From an uncultured Candidatus Binatia bacterium (GTDB lineage Bacteria; Desulfobacterota; Binatia; UBA9968; CAXXLF01), in the NCBI GenBank assembly GCA_965218425.1, contig OZ244621.1:1952001-2016000 (forward strand): 64,000 bases of DNA. Direction: 5' to 3'. Under the pieces are notes generated by a model. It was not told where the DNA came from, made no database searches, and saw only the letters and a program-made list of their open reading frames with translations. Shown one piece after another: positions 29,026 through 38,721 of the stretch. Every line of letters starts with the position of its first letter. Position 1 is the stretch's first letter. A program made the translations under genes and the position numbers.

Positions 29026-30048
29026 TCAACTCAGCTTGTAGAGACGCCGCGCGTTTTCTCGCAAAATATTCTGCTTCGCCTCTCGACTGAGATCCTCTCT
29101 CCGCCAAATCAGGACTGCCGAGTCCGGCCAGCTCATATCCCAGTGAGGGTAGTCAGATGCATACATGATGCGCTCGGAGCCAATCTCTCCAACCACGTAT
29201 CCAATGGATTTTTCTTCGGGCTCACAGCCATAATAGATCTGTCCATGGGAGAGATACTCACTTGGTCGTTTTTTACACAGGGGCGCCTCTGCCTTTCCCC
29301 GTTTCTCCCATTCCTCATCCATGCGCTCCATCCAATAGGGCAGCCAACCGCATCCTATCTCCAGGAACGCCAGCTTGAGCTTTGGGAATAGTTCCGGGAT
29401 GCCGCCGAAGATCATCCCCGTGAGCTGCCGCAACACAGGAAAGGGGTGGCCTGTGGTGTGAATGCAGATAAACTGATCGAAGATCTCACTTCCGGCCTCA
29501 TCCCCGCCAAAGGCATGGATAGCTAGGGGCGCACCCAGGCGCTGGGCCTCCTCGTACAGTGGATAAAACTCCTTGCTGCCGAAGTTCTTGTTATGGGCCT
29601 GGGCTGCAAGCATGGCGCCTGCTAGAGCCAACTTCGTGACGGACCGGTTCAATTCCTTCGCCGCTTCCTCTGGATTTCCAACGGGAAGATTGGCCACCGC
29701 TTTAAGACGCGGAGACGCCTTACAGTAATCAGCTATGAAGTCGTTGTACGCGCGACACAAGGCCTCCTGGTAGGCCTGCTCCCGAACCCGTCCAATACCC
29801 AGGCCGGATGTGGGATAGAGGACAGCGGTATCGATTTCCTGGGTATCCATGGCGCTCAGTCTCTCTTCGGGTTTGGTGGCCCGATGTCCTAACGTTCCGC
29901 CAAGATTTCTGTCGTAGATCTCTCGGGGCATAAATCCAGGAGTCCGGCTGCGAAAGGGCTCCGGCAAATACGGCCTGAGCAATTCGTCCAGATCACGGGC
30001 ATGCGCATCCGAATCAATCACCTTAACGGCATTTCCCAACTGTTCCAT
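29026..30048 (-). CDS. Amidohydrolase family protein (Amidohydro_2)
   Basis: IDSDAH, AVLYPT, RAYNDF, LAIH, FLEIGCGWLPYW, YASDYPHWD. Confidence 0.9.
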   Translation of the reverse strand: MEQLGNAVKVIDSDAHARDLDELLRPYLPEPFRSRTPGFMPREIYDRNLGGTLGHRATKPEERLSAMDTQEIDTAVLYPTSGLGIGRVREQAYQEALCRAYNDFIADYCKASPRLKAVANLPVGNPEEAAKELNRSVTKLALAGAMLAAQAHNKNFGSKEFYPLYEEAQRLGAPLAIHAFGGDEAGSEIFDQFICIHTTGHPFPVLRQLTGMIFGGIPELFPKLKLAFLEIGCGWLPYWMERMDEEWEKRGKAEAPLCKKRPSEYLSHGQIYYGCEPEEKSIGYVVGEIGSERIMYASDYPHWDMSWPDSAVLIWRREDLSREAKQNILRENARRLYKLS

Positions 30049-30165
30049 AGTCGCCTCCTTCTATTTTATGGCTCGAAAATACCACGGAAAAGACACAAGT
30101 CAACCGAAATGGAAAAGGCCTGAGTCGATGCTGCGCCCAAAACATTTATAACATTGAAGCAATGG

Positions 30166-30816
30166 TTATCTGGAGTTGGCGGGGGAAACCCCTCTAGCCT
30201 TGTTGATCATTTCCAACACCTGGTCTGTGGTGCGAACACGACCCATTCGAGGAAATACGAAATCCATGAGCATATCGTGAACTTTAGCGCTGTGACTCGA
30301 TCCACAAGCATCGCGAGCGATGATGAAGTTGTAATCCATGTCCCTACCACCAAACACCGTGGCTGTAATGCCAATTTCCGTGGATCCGCCAGAGATGATT
30401 ACGGTGTCGATCCCACGGGCACGAAACGCCACATCAAGGTACGTTTGATAAAATGCGTTCCATCGGTACTTAGGGACGTAATAATCGTTGGGCCGAGGAT
30501 CTAGCTCCGGTATTACCTCAGAGCTGCTATCGCCAGCGAAAACGGAGGGCCTCCCATTAGCCCAACCCATTTTTTGTGGTTTCCCATTAGGCCACGGCTC
30601 AAGGCGAATGTTGGTATCCGTGAGTAGGATAGAGCCTGTGGCGCTGTCTGAACGGCTGTTCATTTTCGCAAAAAATATCGGAATGTTAGCATCGCGTCCT
30701 GCTTTCGCTAAACGTGAACCATTGGTTACCATCTCCTCTGAGTGGCTGAAGCCTCTCACCATGTCAAAGAACAATAGACCCGTTTTACCCAATTGTATTT
30801 CGTCTAGTTCCATCAT
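30166..30816 (-). CDS. Isochorismatase/cysteine-hydrolase family protein
   Basis: LFFDM, VPKYRWNAFYQT.LD, GIDTVIISGGSTEIGI..T, ARDAC. Confidence 0.85.
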   Translation of the reverse strand: MMELDEIQLGKTGLLFFDMVRGFSHSEEMVTNGSRLAKAGRDANIPIFFAKMNSRSDSATGSILLTDTNIRLEPWPNGKPQKMGWANGRPSVFAGDSSSEVIPELDPRPNDYYVPKYRWNAFYQTYLDVAFRARGIDTVIISGGSTEIGITATVFGGRDMDYNFIIARDACGSSHSAKVHDMLMDFVFPRMGRVRTTDQVLEMINKARGVSPANSR

Positions 30817-31131
30817 GCCCCCTTGTGGATTTTAAAAATACAAAAACTTGCTTCGAATTTCCCAAGCATCCGCCCATGACCCATCGTGGGATCAAAACCT
30901 CAGGTCAGCGAAACCTCATTAATGATGGGGACGCACTTACGAGGGCAGCTCTATCACATGGTAGTAGGCTGTCAAGGAGGCCCATGTTTCAGTTCAGGAT
31001 GCATTAATCGATGCTTTAATTGCTTTTGGCACCATCTGCCTGCGGGTTGTATAGCTTTTGGGGCTTGTATGCTCAAGTGCTCGGTCCAAAAGCGGACGGT
31101 GAGCGAAGCACTCGTTTGTCTGCGGATGACT

Positions 31132-32346
31132 CTATTTACCCCGTAGCTTCCGGTAAAGGTCCCGCGACCACTTTAACCCCTTGAGCTGTTCCTTTAGCAC
31201 TGCCGGGTCATGCGCCAGTGTTACATACTCAATCCCCGGCTTACGCATCTCTAACTCACTTACTTTGCCCATCTCCGTGATGTCCACGCGGAACGATTGG
31301 TCCGGTGTCCGCTCACTCATGGTGTGTATCGCAGTCTGGCCCTCCTTTGAGAGGATCCAGTTAACGAAAAGCTTCGCGGCGTTCGGATGCGGCCGCTTAT
31401 TGACCACCATGATGCTGTTGGAAGACCCGGTTCCCTGCAGTGTGGGCCGCTCTTTCACGGGATGTCCAATAATATCCCCGAAGTTGGCGACGGGGAGACC
31501 CCGCCTGCCAAGCCTGTCGATATCGCGCCCCGCCGCACCCACGAAAATGGCCATGGTCCACTTCCCCCTGGCGACCCCATCAGATATCTGTCGAAAGTCG
31601 GCGCTGAACGACACGTTTAGCTCCGGGTCAAAGAAACGTCTTAAGTACTCTTTCCCCAGGTCCGGATGGAACGGGACGAGAGAATAGCTCCCGGTGGCCC
31701 CGGCAGCCGTCGGCGGCAGGGAGACGATCTGGCCGGCGAACCGCTTCTTGTCCAGGAACTCCCACACGGAGTCAATCTTCTTTGCCTCCTTAACGGACAA
31801 TTTCTTGGTATTGAAGCGCATGGCAACAGGTGTAAGATCAGCGCCGCCCGAGAAAGAAAAGATGTACTGCCCCTTCGGATCGCTGTAGCTGTGTTTCCCT
31901 CTGTACCACAAGGACTGGTCCGCCACCTCGGGCAGGAACAAGACTGGTCGGATGGGGTCAACGGCACCGCTGGGCAGGAGTCGACCACTTCCGAGGGTGC
32001 CTCCCACCATGATGATGTCCACCTTGAATCGGCGGGCCCCGCGTTCAGCAAGGATGCGGTCCACTTGCTTGCCACCGCCTCCGGTAGAAACCACTGTTCG
32101 GATTCCAAATTTGTTTTCAAAATGCTTGAAGACCGGTCGGTAATTGCGCGACGCCGCGCCACCCAGCACCACCACAAGCTTGCCTTCTTTCCGCGCGGCT
32201 GCCAGAGTTTCGTCCCAGGTGTCGGCTCTCGAGAACCCTTGCATGGCGAGGACCAACGACGCTCCTAAAAGAATAATCCGCAGGCCCATGCCCTTCAGAC
32301 TTGTCGTCAGTTGCGCCACTTTTCGTGAGCTATTTATTCCAATCAT
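31132..32346 (-). CDS. ABC-type extracellular solute-binding protein (Fe3+/thiamine-binding cluster-like)
   Basis: Signal peptide, W..TLAAARKEGKLVV, RPHPNAAKLFVNWILSKEGQ; start uncertain. Confidence 0.85.
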   Translation of the reverse strand: MIGINSSRKVAQLTTSLKGMGLRIILLGASLVLAMQGFSRADTWDETLAAARKEGKLVVVLGGAASRNYRPVFKHFENKFGIRTVVSTGGGGKQVDRILAERGARRFKVDIIMVGGTLGSGRLLPSGAVDPIRPVLFLPEVADQSLWYRGKHSYSDPKGQYIFSFSGGADLTPVAMRFNTKKLSVKEAKKIDSVWEFLDKKRFAGQIVSLPPTAAGATGSYSLVPFHPDLGKEYLRRFFDPELNVSFSADFRQISDGVARGKWTMAIFVGAAGRDIDRLGRRGLPVANFGDIIGHPVKERPTLQGTGSSNSIMVVNKRPHPNAAKLFVNWILSKEGQTAIHTMSERTPDQSFRVDITEMGKVSELEMRKPGIEYVTLAHDPAVLKEQLKGLKWSRDLYRKLRGK

Positions 32347-32589
32347 CTTGAATACTCCCTTTTTCATGGTGGAGGACTTTGCCAAGGCACCAATACCATC
32401 TGGGAATGGGTTGTCAAGAAAGCTCTTTAATATGTGAGAATGCGACTTATCGACCTTTGAATATCTCACTTAGGACGGTAAGTTATTGATGAATTTGGCC
32501 CTAGTGATGTATGGGCCTTGTCGTGGCGACAGTCCCGGGGTAAATTGAAAGTTGTCAAGGCCATCTCAATCGTCACCAGGAGGAGACGT

Positions 32590-33222
32590 ATGGACAACTC
32601 GGCACGTTCGAAGAGTCGTAGATTCAGAAGCTTAGTGACCATCTCGGCAATTCTCAGTTTCGGGTTTGCTTCAACCACATTCTCCGTAGGCTACGGGGAG
32701 TCCCTCTCAAATTCGCGACCGGATAGCGGGTTAACCAAGCAGGCGACCTTCTCAATGTACTGATACTGGACAGGCGAAGCCACACTGGGCAGGTTGCCCG
32801 GTATCAAGAGCACAAAGATCGGACACCTGGACGGTCAAGAGGTCGTAACTGTAGAGTACGATCCGGAGCAAACCAATTTGAAGAATATGTCGGATGCGCT
32901 AAAACGAGAGCGGTCCTTCGGTTCGCTCGTGGTAGAGGATGAGGAATCGGGCGTGGATGCCAGAGGTTACCTGAGACGTTCTGAGATTCAAATCAATTCC
33001 GAAAAGCCCCGATTCATAGAATCCAAGCATTCATTGCGCTCCGGGCACCCCGAACTGTATCGGCTCGACCTAAGCGAGGATCAAAAGCGGATTCTCAATA
33101 GCTGGAGTTATTTTGGCGGGCCAATGCCTGATGTATTGACAGATCAACAAAAACGGATGTTGGCCGAACAGGAAGAGGAATCCATGCCATCGCGGTTTCT
33201 GAGATGGCTGCGAGGTCAATGA
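32590..33222 (+). CDS. Exported MsrA-like selenoprotein (in-frame TGA at 32761-32763 read as Sec)
   Basis: RBS AGGAGGAG before ATG 32590. The two ORF-track pieces share one frame and join as ATFSMY-U-YWTGE...EVVTVEYDP, matching MsrA ATFxxGCFWxxE...EVVxVxYDP. A SECIS-like hairpin follows. Confidence 0.8.
32785..32801 (+). promoter_or_regulatory. Bacterial SECIS-like hairpin
   Basis: CTGGGCA-GGT-TGCCCGG stem-loop; the G-first loop starts 28 nt after the TGA and resembles the E. coli fdhF GCAGGUCUGC apex. Confidence 0.65.
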
Positions 33223-33334
33223 GCCACAGATGCGTCGGTGAGAGCAACCAGGAAACGGGTGTATCCAATCCGCAGGACACCAATGAAACACGAATTGATA
33301 GTGTCCCGTTGCCGTGAGCTATTACGGTAGCGCC

Positions 33335-34354
33335 CTACACATTAGCCGTGAAACCGTAGAAGCGCTGGGCGTTTTCACACATGATTAGACGTTTGTCTCC
33401 CTCTGAAATGTCCTCCCGTCCCATGACGATCTTAACCGTGTTGGGCCAGCTACTGTCCCAGTGCGGATAGTCCGAGGCGTAAAGCAATTTGTCCGCCCCG
33501 ACCCGCTTGACCACGTACGGCAACGTGGACTCTTCTATTTCAAAAGAATAGTAAAACCGGTCGCTGAGCAAATACTCGCTGGGTTTGTGTTTGAGGAGCG
33601 GGGCCTCTCTTTTCCCGCGTAGCTCAAACTCCTCGTCCATGCGATCCATGAGGAAGGGTATCCAACCGCAACCTGACTCCATGGCGGCAATCTTGAGCTT
33701 GGGAAATTGTTCCGGAACACCGGCAAAAATAAGCCCTGTCAAGGCTGCCATGCATTCAAAGGGGAACGACACCGTGTGCACGGATATAAAGGCATCAAAC
33801 CTCCCGTGCATTCGTTCGGAGGCGCGGATTCCACCGTGAATCGCGATGGGAACCCCCAGTTCCTCCACCTGCTCGTAAAAGGGCCAGAACTGCCGCCTTC
33901 CTATATCCTGATCACGGACATTTGTGGGCATCATGATTGCCACATGGCCCAGTTCCTTCACGGCACGCCGAGCCTCTTTGATAGAGGCCTCCACGTCTTG
34001 GAGGGGAACGACGGCCACCCCTTTGAGACGCCTGGAATCCGTTGCGCAAAAAGCGGCAAGCCAATCGTTGTAAGCATGGGCTAAGTCGGTCACAAGGTCT
34101 GTTTCTTTCTCCGAGCTGAGGGAAAGGCGTGAGCTTGGATAGATCACCTGGACGTCGATTCCCTCGGCATCCATATCGGCAAGCTGAACATGGGGATCTT
34201 CATTCTGCTTGCCCAAAGTTCCATCGAGGCTTCGATTCCATGCCTCCGAGGCTTGAAGAGGTCGGTAACGATTTTCCTCCTTCATGTACTTTTTCATGCT
34301 CGCGCTGGATTCGCTCACATGGCCATCGGCATCAATAATCAGCATGTCTTTCAT
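33335..34354 (-). CDS. Amidohydrolase family protein (Amidohydro_2), paralog of 29026-30048
   Basis: IDADGH, QVIYPS, AYNDWL, MESGCGWIPF, YASDYPHWD. Confidence 0.9.
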   Translation of the reverse strand: MKDMLIIDADGHVSESSASMKKYMKEENRYRPLQASEAWNRSLDGTLGKQNEDPHVQLADMDAEGIDVQVIYPSSRLSLSSEKETDLVTDLAHAYNDWLAAFCATDSRRLKGVAVVPLQDVEASIKEARRAVKELGHVAIMMPTNVRDQDIGRRQFWPFYEQVEELGVPIAIHGGIRASERMHGRFDAFISVHTVSFPFECMAALTGLIFAGVPEQFPKLKIAAMESGCGWIPFLMDRMDEEFELRGKREAPLLKHKPSEYLLSDRFYYSFEIEESTLPYVVKRVGADKLLYASDYPHWDSSWPNTVKIVMGREDISEGDKRLIMCENAQRFYGFTANV

Positions 34355-34530
34355 AAATACCTCCCTGGAGGATTTCGCACGGCACTTGGTGAGCGTTTGT
34401 TATTGGCCGGTTGCCTCCTCCATGTCGGGGAAATAAGTATCCCATGACGCACCACTGTGTCAACTTGACTTGAAACAGAGGTAGGCTTCCACACGAAGGA
34501 TGGACGGAAAGGCGTGCGATGGCGGACCGC

Positions 34531-35283
34531 CTAGCTATCGGCGATCAATGAGCGGAGCTGGGTGCAAAATTCCCCTATGGGACCTTGGTACTGAAAGTCC
34601 GCTATCTCATCCAGGGGTGTGGGCTCCCGATTGATAATGGCGAGGAATGCGCCGTTGCGTTTTGCCAGGACCGGGAACGATGCGGCCGGTTGGACCTGCA
34701 AAGAGGAACCGAACACGACAAAGAGATTGGCTCCCTCGGTCAGGAGTTGGGCTCGTCTCATGGGCTGCACCGGCATTGCCTGGCCAAAGGAAACTGTGGC
34801 TGACTTGAGCAGCCCGCCGCATTCGTCGCACCTGGGGGATTTGAAGCCTCCCACCAGGTTTTTCATTACTTCCTCCGGGTCGAAGGTCTTTTCGCAACTC
34901 AGACAGACGACCTTTCGATCCGTGCCGTGCAGCTCCACGATTTTTTCATCGGGAAGCCCCGCCAGACTGTGCAGGCCATCGATGTTTTGCGTGATGAGAC
35001 CGAGAAGCTTTCCTCTCTCCTCTAGAGAGGAGATGAAATAGTAACCCAGGTTCGGACGGACGTTCTTATAGAGTTGATGGATCTCGCGCTTCATGGACCA
35101 GGCGCGAACCCGAGCTTCTTCGCTGTTTATAAAATCAGAGAAGTATACGGGAGCGTACTTTGTCCAAATGCCTCCCGGACTTCGAAAGTCCGGGACACCT
35201 GATTCCGTACTGATCCCTGCGCCAGTGAAGCATACAATATTGCCCGTCTGCTTAATTTTTTGGGCAAGGTCCTTTAGCGTCAC
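34531..35283 (-). CDS. cobB: Sir2-family NAD-dependent protein deacylase
   Basis: FTGAGISTESGVPDFR, ITQNIDGLH, ELHG, CxxC...CxxC zinc site, GSSLQVQPAA, IINREPT. Confidence 0.93.
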   Translation of the reverse strand: MTLKDLAQKIKQTGNIVCFTGAGISTESGVPDFRSPGGIWTKYAPVYFSDFINSEEARVRAWSMKREIHQLYKNVRPNLGYYFISSLEERGKLLGLITQNIDGLHSLAGLPDEKIVELHGTDRKVVCLSCEKTFDPEEVMKNLVGGFKSPRCDECGGLLKSATVSFGQAMPVQPMRRAQLLTEGANLFVVFGSSLQVQPAASFPVLAKRNGAFLAIINREPTPLDEIADFQYQGPIGEFCTQLRSLIADS

Positions 35284-35362
35284 GGCCAGGGATCAGCGGT
35301 TACGAGTTCACCGAGTCGAAAGCAACTTCTGCACTGCGCAGGAGTTTTGAGAGAGTGCAGGC

Positions 35363-35677
35363 CTATTTCAGATGCTGACTAACGAGCTTCGTCATTTCGA
35401 ACATGCTGACCTGTTTCTTCCCACGGAAGACAGGTTTCAGCTTGACGTCGGCGTTGATCATGGTCCTCTTCTTCTTGTCCTGGAGTCCACGACGTTTGAT
35501 GTAGGACCAGATCTTCTTGGTGACCTCGGTGCGCGGCATCGCCTTGTCACCGATCACCTCGGCCAGCATTGCATCCGGCTTCACGGGTTTCATGAACGCC
35601 GCATTCGGTTTGCGTTTCTTCTTGGCCTTTGCCTTCTTTTTCACTGCCTTTTTCACTTTACGTTTTTTCGCTGCCAT
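35363..35677 (-). CDS. Stand-alone SWIB/MDM2-domain protein with Lys-rich N-terminal tail
   Basis: FMKP...LAEVIG...MPRTEVTKKIWSYIK..GLQD....INAD.KL..VF.GK.QVSMFEMTKLVSQHL; RBS AGGAGG. Confidence 0.93.
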   Translation of the reverse strand: MAAKKRKVKKAVKKKAKAKKKRKPNAAFMKPVKPDAMLAEVIGDKAMPRTEVTKKIWSYIKRRGLQDKKKRTMINADVKLKPVFRGKKQVSMFEMTKLVSQHLK

Positions 35678-35884
35678 TCGCCCTCCTAAAAAAAGGAATT
35701 TAATGAGTGTATTTTACATCAAATGATAGGCGTTTGGCCAGCTTTTTTTTAGCTTTTTGGCCAGGCGAGACGCACCCGCCCGACTCGGCTGGAGAGGGGT
35801 TTTCCAGCCATCCAGGCTTGCATTCGCAGGAGAAGGAATTATAAGCTCGCTTATCGGATGGAGTGAATTTCAGGAGGGGGGCAC

Positions 35885-36568
35885 ATGAAGAAAAAAATAT
35901 TTCAGTGGCAGGGAAAAGAGTTCATCGCCCTCTCCTGTGAGGGAAAACGGAGGGAAACTGCGGCGGAAGAAGCTCGTGAAATCTTTGGTCACCTCGATGA
36001 AGAGCTGCAGAGCCAGGGGCTTTCTCTAGACCACACGGTTCGCACGAGGCTATGGGCCGGGGATAGAGAGAGCCGAGGCCTGGCAAGCAATGAAAGATTC
36101 AAGTTGCTCTCGGGAAAGGCAAGATCGGCGAGTTCCAGTTACATTGCGCCCGGCCATTTTGACTCGAATGCACGGGTAGCCATGGATCTGCTTGCCATGA
36201 GGCCCGAACAGCCGAAGAGTGAAAAAGTCCTGGTGGAGTACGACCCGCCCATCGTGCCTCTGCGCTACCTCACCTATGAATCCATGGTCTTCCTCTCGGG
36301 AGTAACCGTTGTTCTGCCCGAACTCGGCAATCAGCTAAAGGATATTTTCCCTCGTATTACGGGTTCTCTGACCGATGCCGGGGCTTCGTGGAATCAGGTG
36401 GTCAAGGTCTCTTCGTTCGTCCATCGCTCCCAGAGTCTGGAAACTTACAGGGAATTATTTGCTAAAGAGGCAAAGACGGAGATTCCCTTAACCGGGTACT
36501 CCTTTGTGGATGGTTACTCTTCAGAGGGGAAATTGGTGGAGGTGGAAGTTACGGCTCAACTGACTTAA
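35885..36568 (+). CDS. Tandem RidA/YjgF-like domain protein
   Basis: Two YjgF-like halves (GLSLDHTVRTRL; VFLSG...L.DAGASW..VVKV...KLVEVEVTA); RBS AGGAGG. Confidence 0.7.
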   Translation: MKKKIFQWQGKEFIALSCEGKRRETAAEEAREIFGHLDEELQSQGLSLDHTVRTRLWAGDRESRGLASNERFKLLSGKARSASSSYIAPGHFDSNARVAMDLLAMRPEQPKSEKVLVEYDPPIVPLRYLTYESMVFLSGVTVVLPELGNQLKDIFPRITGSLTDAGASWNQVVKVSSFVHRSQSLETYRELFAKEAKTEIPLTGYSFVDGYSSEGKLVEVEVTAQLT

Positions 36569-36607
36569 GCCGGAAAGGAAGGGTTCTTAGGAAGGAGGCC
36601 TAGCCCC

Positions 36608-37876
36608 ATGTCACAATCCGAATACGAATTGCTCACTCAAACCGATGCAGGCACACCATGCGGGAACCTTATGCGACGCTACTGGCAGCCTGCGGCCCTC
36701 TCGAGGGAGCTACCCCCGGGCGGAGCCCCGTTACCTGTGCGGTTGCTGGGAGAGGACTTGGCGCTGTTTTGCGACGATGAGGGACAACCGGGCTTACTGG
36801 GCCTTCACTGTGCGCATCGTGGGGCCGACCTGAGTTACGGTCGGGTGGAGGACGGCGGATTGAGGTGCATCTATCACGGATGGCTCTATGACATCAAAGG
36901 TCGTTGCCTGGATCAACCGGGAGAGCCAGGCGGAGGAGAACACCGGGATTCCATCCATCAAACGGCCTATCCCTGCCGGGAGCCCGCAGGAGTAATCTTC
37001 GCATACTTGGGTCCAGGAGAGCCGCCCTGCCTACCCGCATACGAGTTCCTACAGGTGCCCGACGATCATCGGCTGGTTATAAAGATTTTCCAAGGGTGCA
37101 ACTATTTGCAGGGCAGTGAGGGAAACATCGACCCGGTGCACACTTCGTTCCTGCACCGTATCGCTCAAGACGGCGATGAGGATCAGTACGTGGGAGTCCG
37201 CGGAAGCGACGCCTCATTCCTGACGTTATGGGGAAGGGATGTGGCTCCGCAAGTAGAAGTGGATGTTGCAGATTTCGGACTACGGATTTTTACCGTGAGG
37301 GACGCCGGAGCTGACAAACATTACCTCCGGGTGACTAATTTTGTTTACCCCACTTTGACCGCCTTTCCCGCGCAGACGGGGGCCGAGGGGTATAATGTCA
37401 ATTGGCATGCTCCGATCGACAACACTCACCATTGGAAGTACGTCTTTGTTTTTAGCAGAGAAAGGCCACTGAGAAAAGAAATTATCAGCAGGGGCCGCGC
37501 CGAGCATCGCAACGAGTCCAACCGATACCTGCAAGACAGAGAATCCATGAAAACAAAATTTTACAGCGGTATGGGGAGGGACATTCCTGGTCAGGATACC
37601 TGTATGGTCGAAGGTCAGGGTCCCATCCAAAACCGTGAGCGGGAGCACCTTGTTTCCTCTGACAAGCCCATCGTCGCTGCCCGCAAACTCTTGCTGAAGG
37701 CCGTCCAGGAGGTACAGGAGAGACGGGAAGCCCCCCATGTGGTGCGAGAACCGAAGCTGAACCGGTTTCCCCAACTGGTGGTTGTATCGGACGTCATCCC
37801 CAGCGGGACGGATTGGAAGGACTACACAAAAAAGATCGCAGCCGATCTGCAGAGACGATCCGCCGCCGTTAGCTGA
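36608..37876 (+). CDS. Rieske non-heme iron oxygenase alpha subunit (phthalate 4,5-dioxygenase/LigXa-like)
   Basis: GTPCG.LMRRYWQP, CAH...CIYH Rieske motif, EGNIDPVHTSFLH mononuclear Fe site, QD...EGQG.I..R.REHL..SD. Confidence 0.92.
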   Translation: MSQSEYELLTQTDAGTPCGNLMRRYWQPAALSRELPPGGAPLPVRLLGEDLALFCDDEGQPGLLGLHCAHRGADLSYGRVEDGGLRCIYHGWLYDIKGRCLDQPGEPGGGEHRDSIHQTAYPCREPAGVIFAYLGPGEPPCLPAYEFLQVPDDHRLVIKIFQGCNYLQGSEGNIDPVHTSFLHRIAQDGDEDQYVGVRGSDASFLTLWGRDVAPQVEVDVADFGLRIFTVRDAGADKHYLRVTNFVYPTLTAFPAQTGAEGYNVNWHAPIDNTHHWKYVFVFSRERPLRKEIISRGRAEHRNESNRYLQDRESMKTKFYSGMGRDIPGQDTCMVEGQGPIQNREREHLVSSDKPIVAARKLLLKAVQEVQERREAPHVVREPKLNRFPQLVVVSDVIPSGTDWKDYTKKIAADLQRRSAAVS

Positions 37877-38233
37877 ACGAATGAATTATTAACCGCAGAC
37901 CCACGCAGACCAGCGCGGACAAGAATTCGGAGATTTCACCGCACAGAGGTGGGGTTCGCGGAGAATTTCCTTTCCTGTCTGTCGGGAGACGACGACAAAC
38001 AGAACCATGGCTCTCTATAAAGACTGAGTCTTTCGCCCGATTGTCATTTCCCGATTGGGCGAACATTCTTTCCTCAACCTCTCTGTCATGAATAAATGAT
38101 ATTGTCTTGTGTACTCCCTGCCTCTTCTGGGTCAGTTGTCCGTCGTCCTGTCGTCCGTGGTCCGACCTGCTCAGTACTAAGTTGCGCTTAGCGCTTTGCC
38201 GCCCACCGCCGACCGCTTGCTGCCAGCTAGTCG

Positions 38234-38653
38234 CTATTCTCCGATGATCTTCACCAGCACCCGTTTGCGGCGACGCCCGTCGAACTCGCCGTAAAAGATC
38301 TGTTCCCAGGGGCCGAAGTCCAGTTTCCCATCGGTGACGGCCACCACCACTTCACGCCCCATGACCTGCCGTTTCATATGAGCGTCGGCGTTGTCCTCGC
38401 CGGTATCGTTATGCCGATACTGGCGGATGGGTTCATGGGGGGCCAGTTTTTCCAGCCACTGGGCGTAGTCTTGGTGCAAACCTGATTCATTGTCGTTGAT
38501 GAATACCGAAGCGGTTATGTGCATCGCGTTTACCAGCAGCAACCCTTCCCGCACCCCACTCTCCGCGAGGCACCCTTCAATCTGGAGTGTAATATTCACG
38601 AAGGCAACCCGAGCGGGCGTCTTGAACCAGAGTTCCTTGCGGTAGTTTTTCAC
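38234..38653 (-). CDS. yjbQ: YjbQ/UPF0047 family protein (secondary thiamine-phosphate synthase)
   Basis: [43 protein letters not shown]. Confidence 0.92.
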   Translation of the reverse strand: MKNYRKELWFKTPARVAFVNITLQIEGCLAESGVREGLLLVNAMHITASVFINDNESGLHQDYAQWLEKLAPHEPIRQYRHNDTGEDNADAHMKRQVMGREVVVAVTDGKLDFGPWEQIFYGEFDGRRRKRVLVKIIGE

Positions 38654-38721
38654 GGCTATATTCTCAAGAGATCCTGTTACCTCGAGAAAAACCGGGGCCC
38701 ATCCTCGCATGAGGGCCGCTG

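Noticed and set aside
30907..30973. Resemblance to a c-di-GMP-I (GEMM) riboswitch (GCGAAACCTCAT...ATGGGGACGCA...ATGGTAG)
   Set aside because: No GNRA tetraloop or CTAA receptor, and it lies on the + strand while both flanking genes are on the - strand. An Rfam search would settle it.
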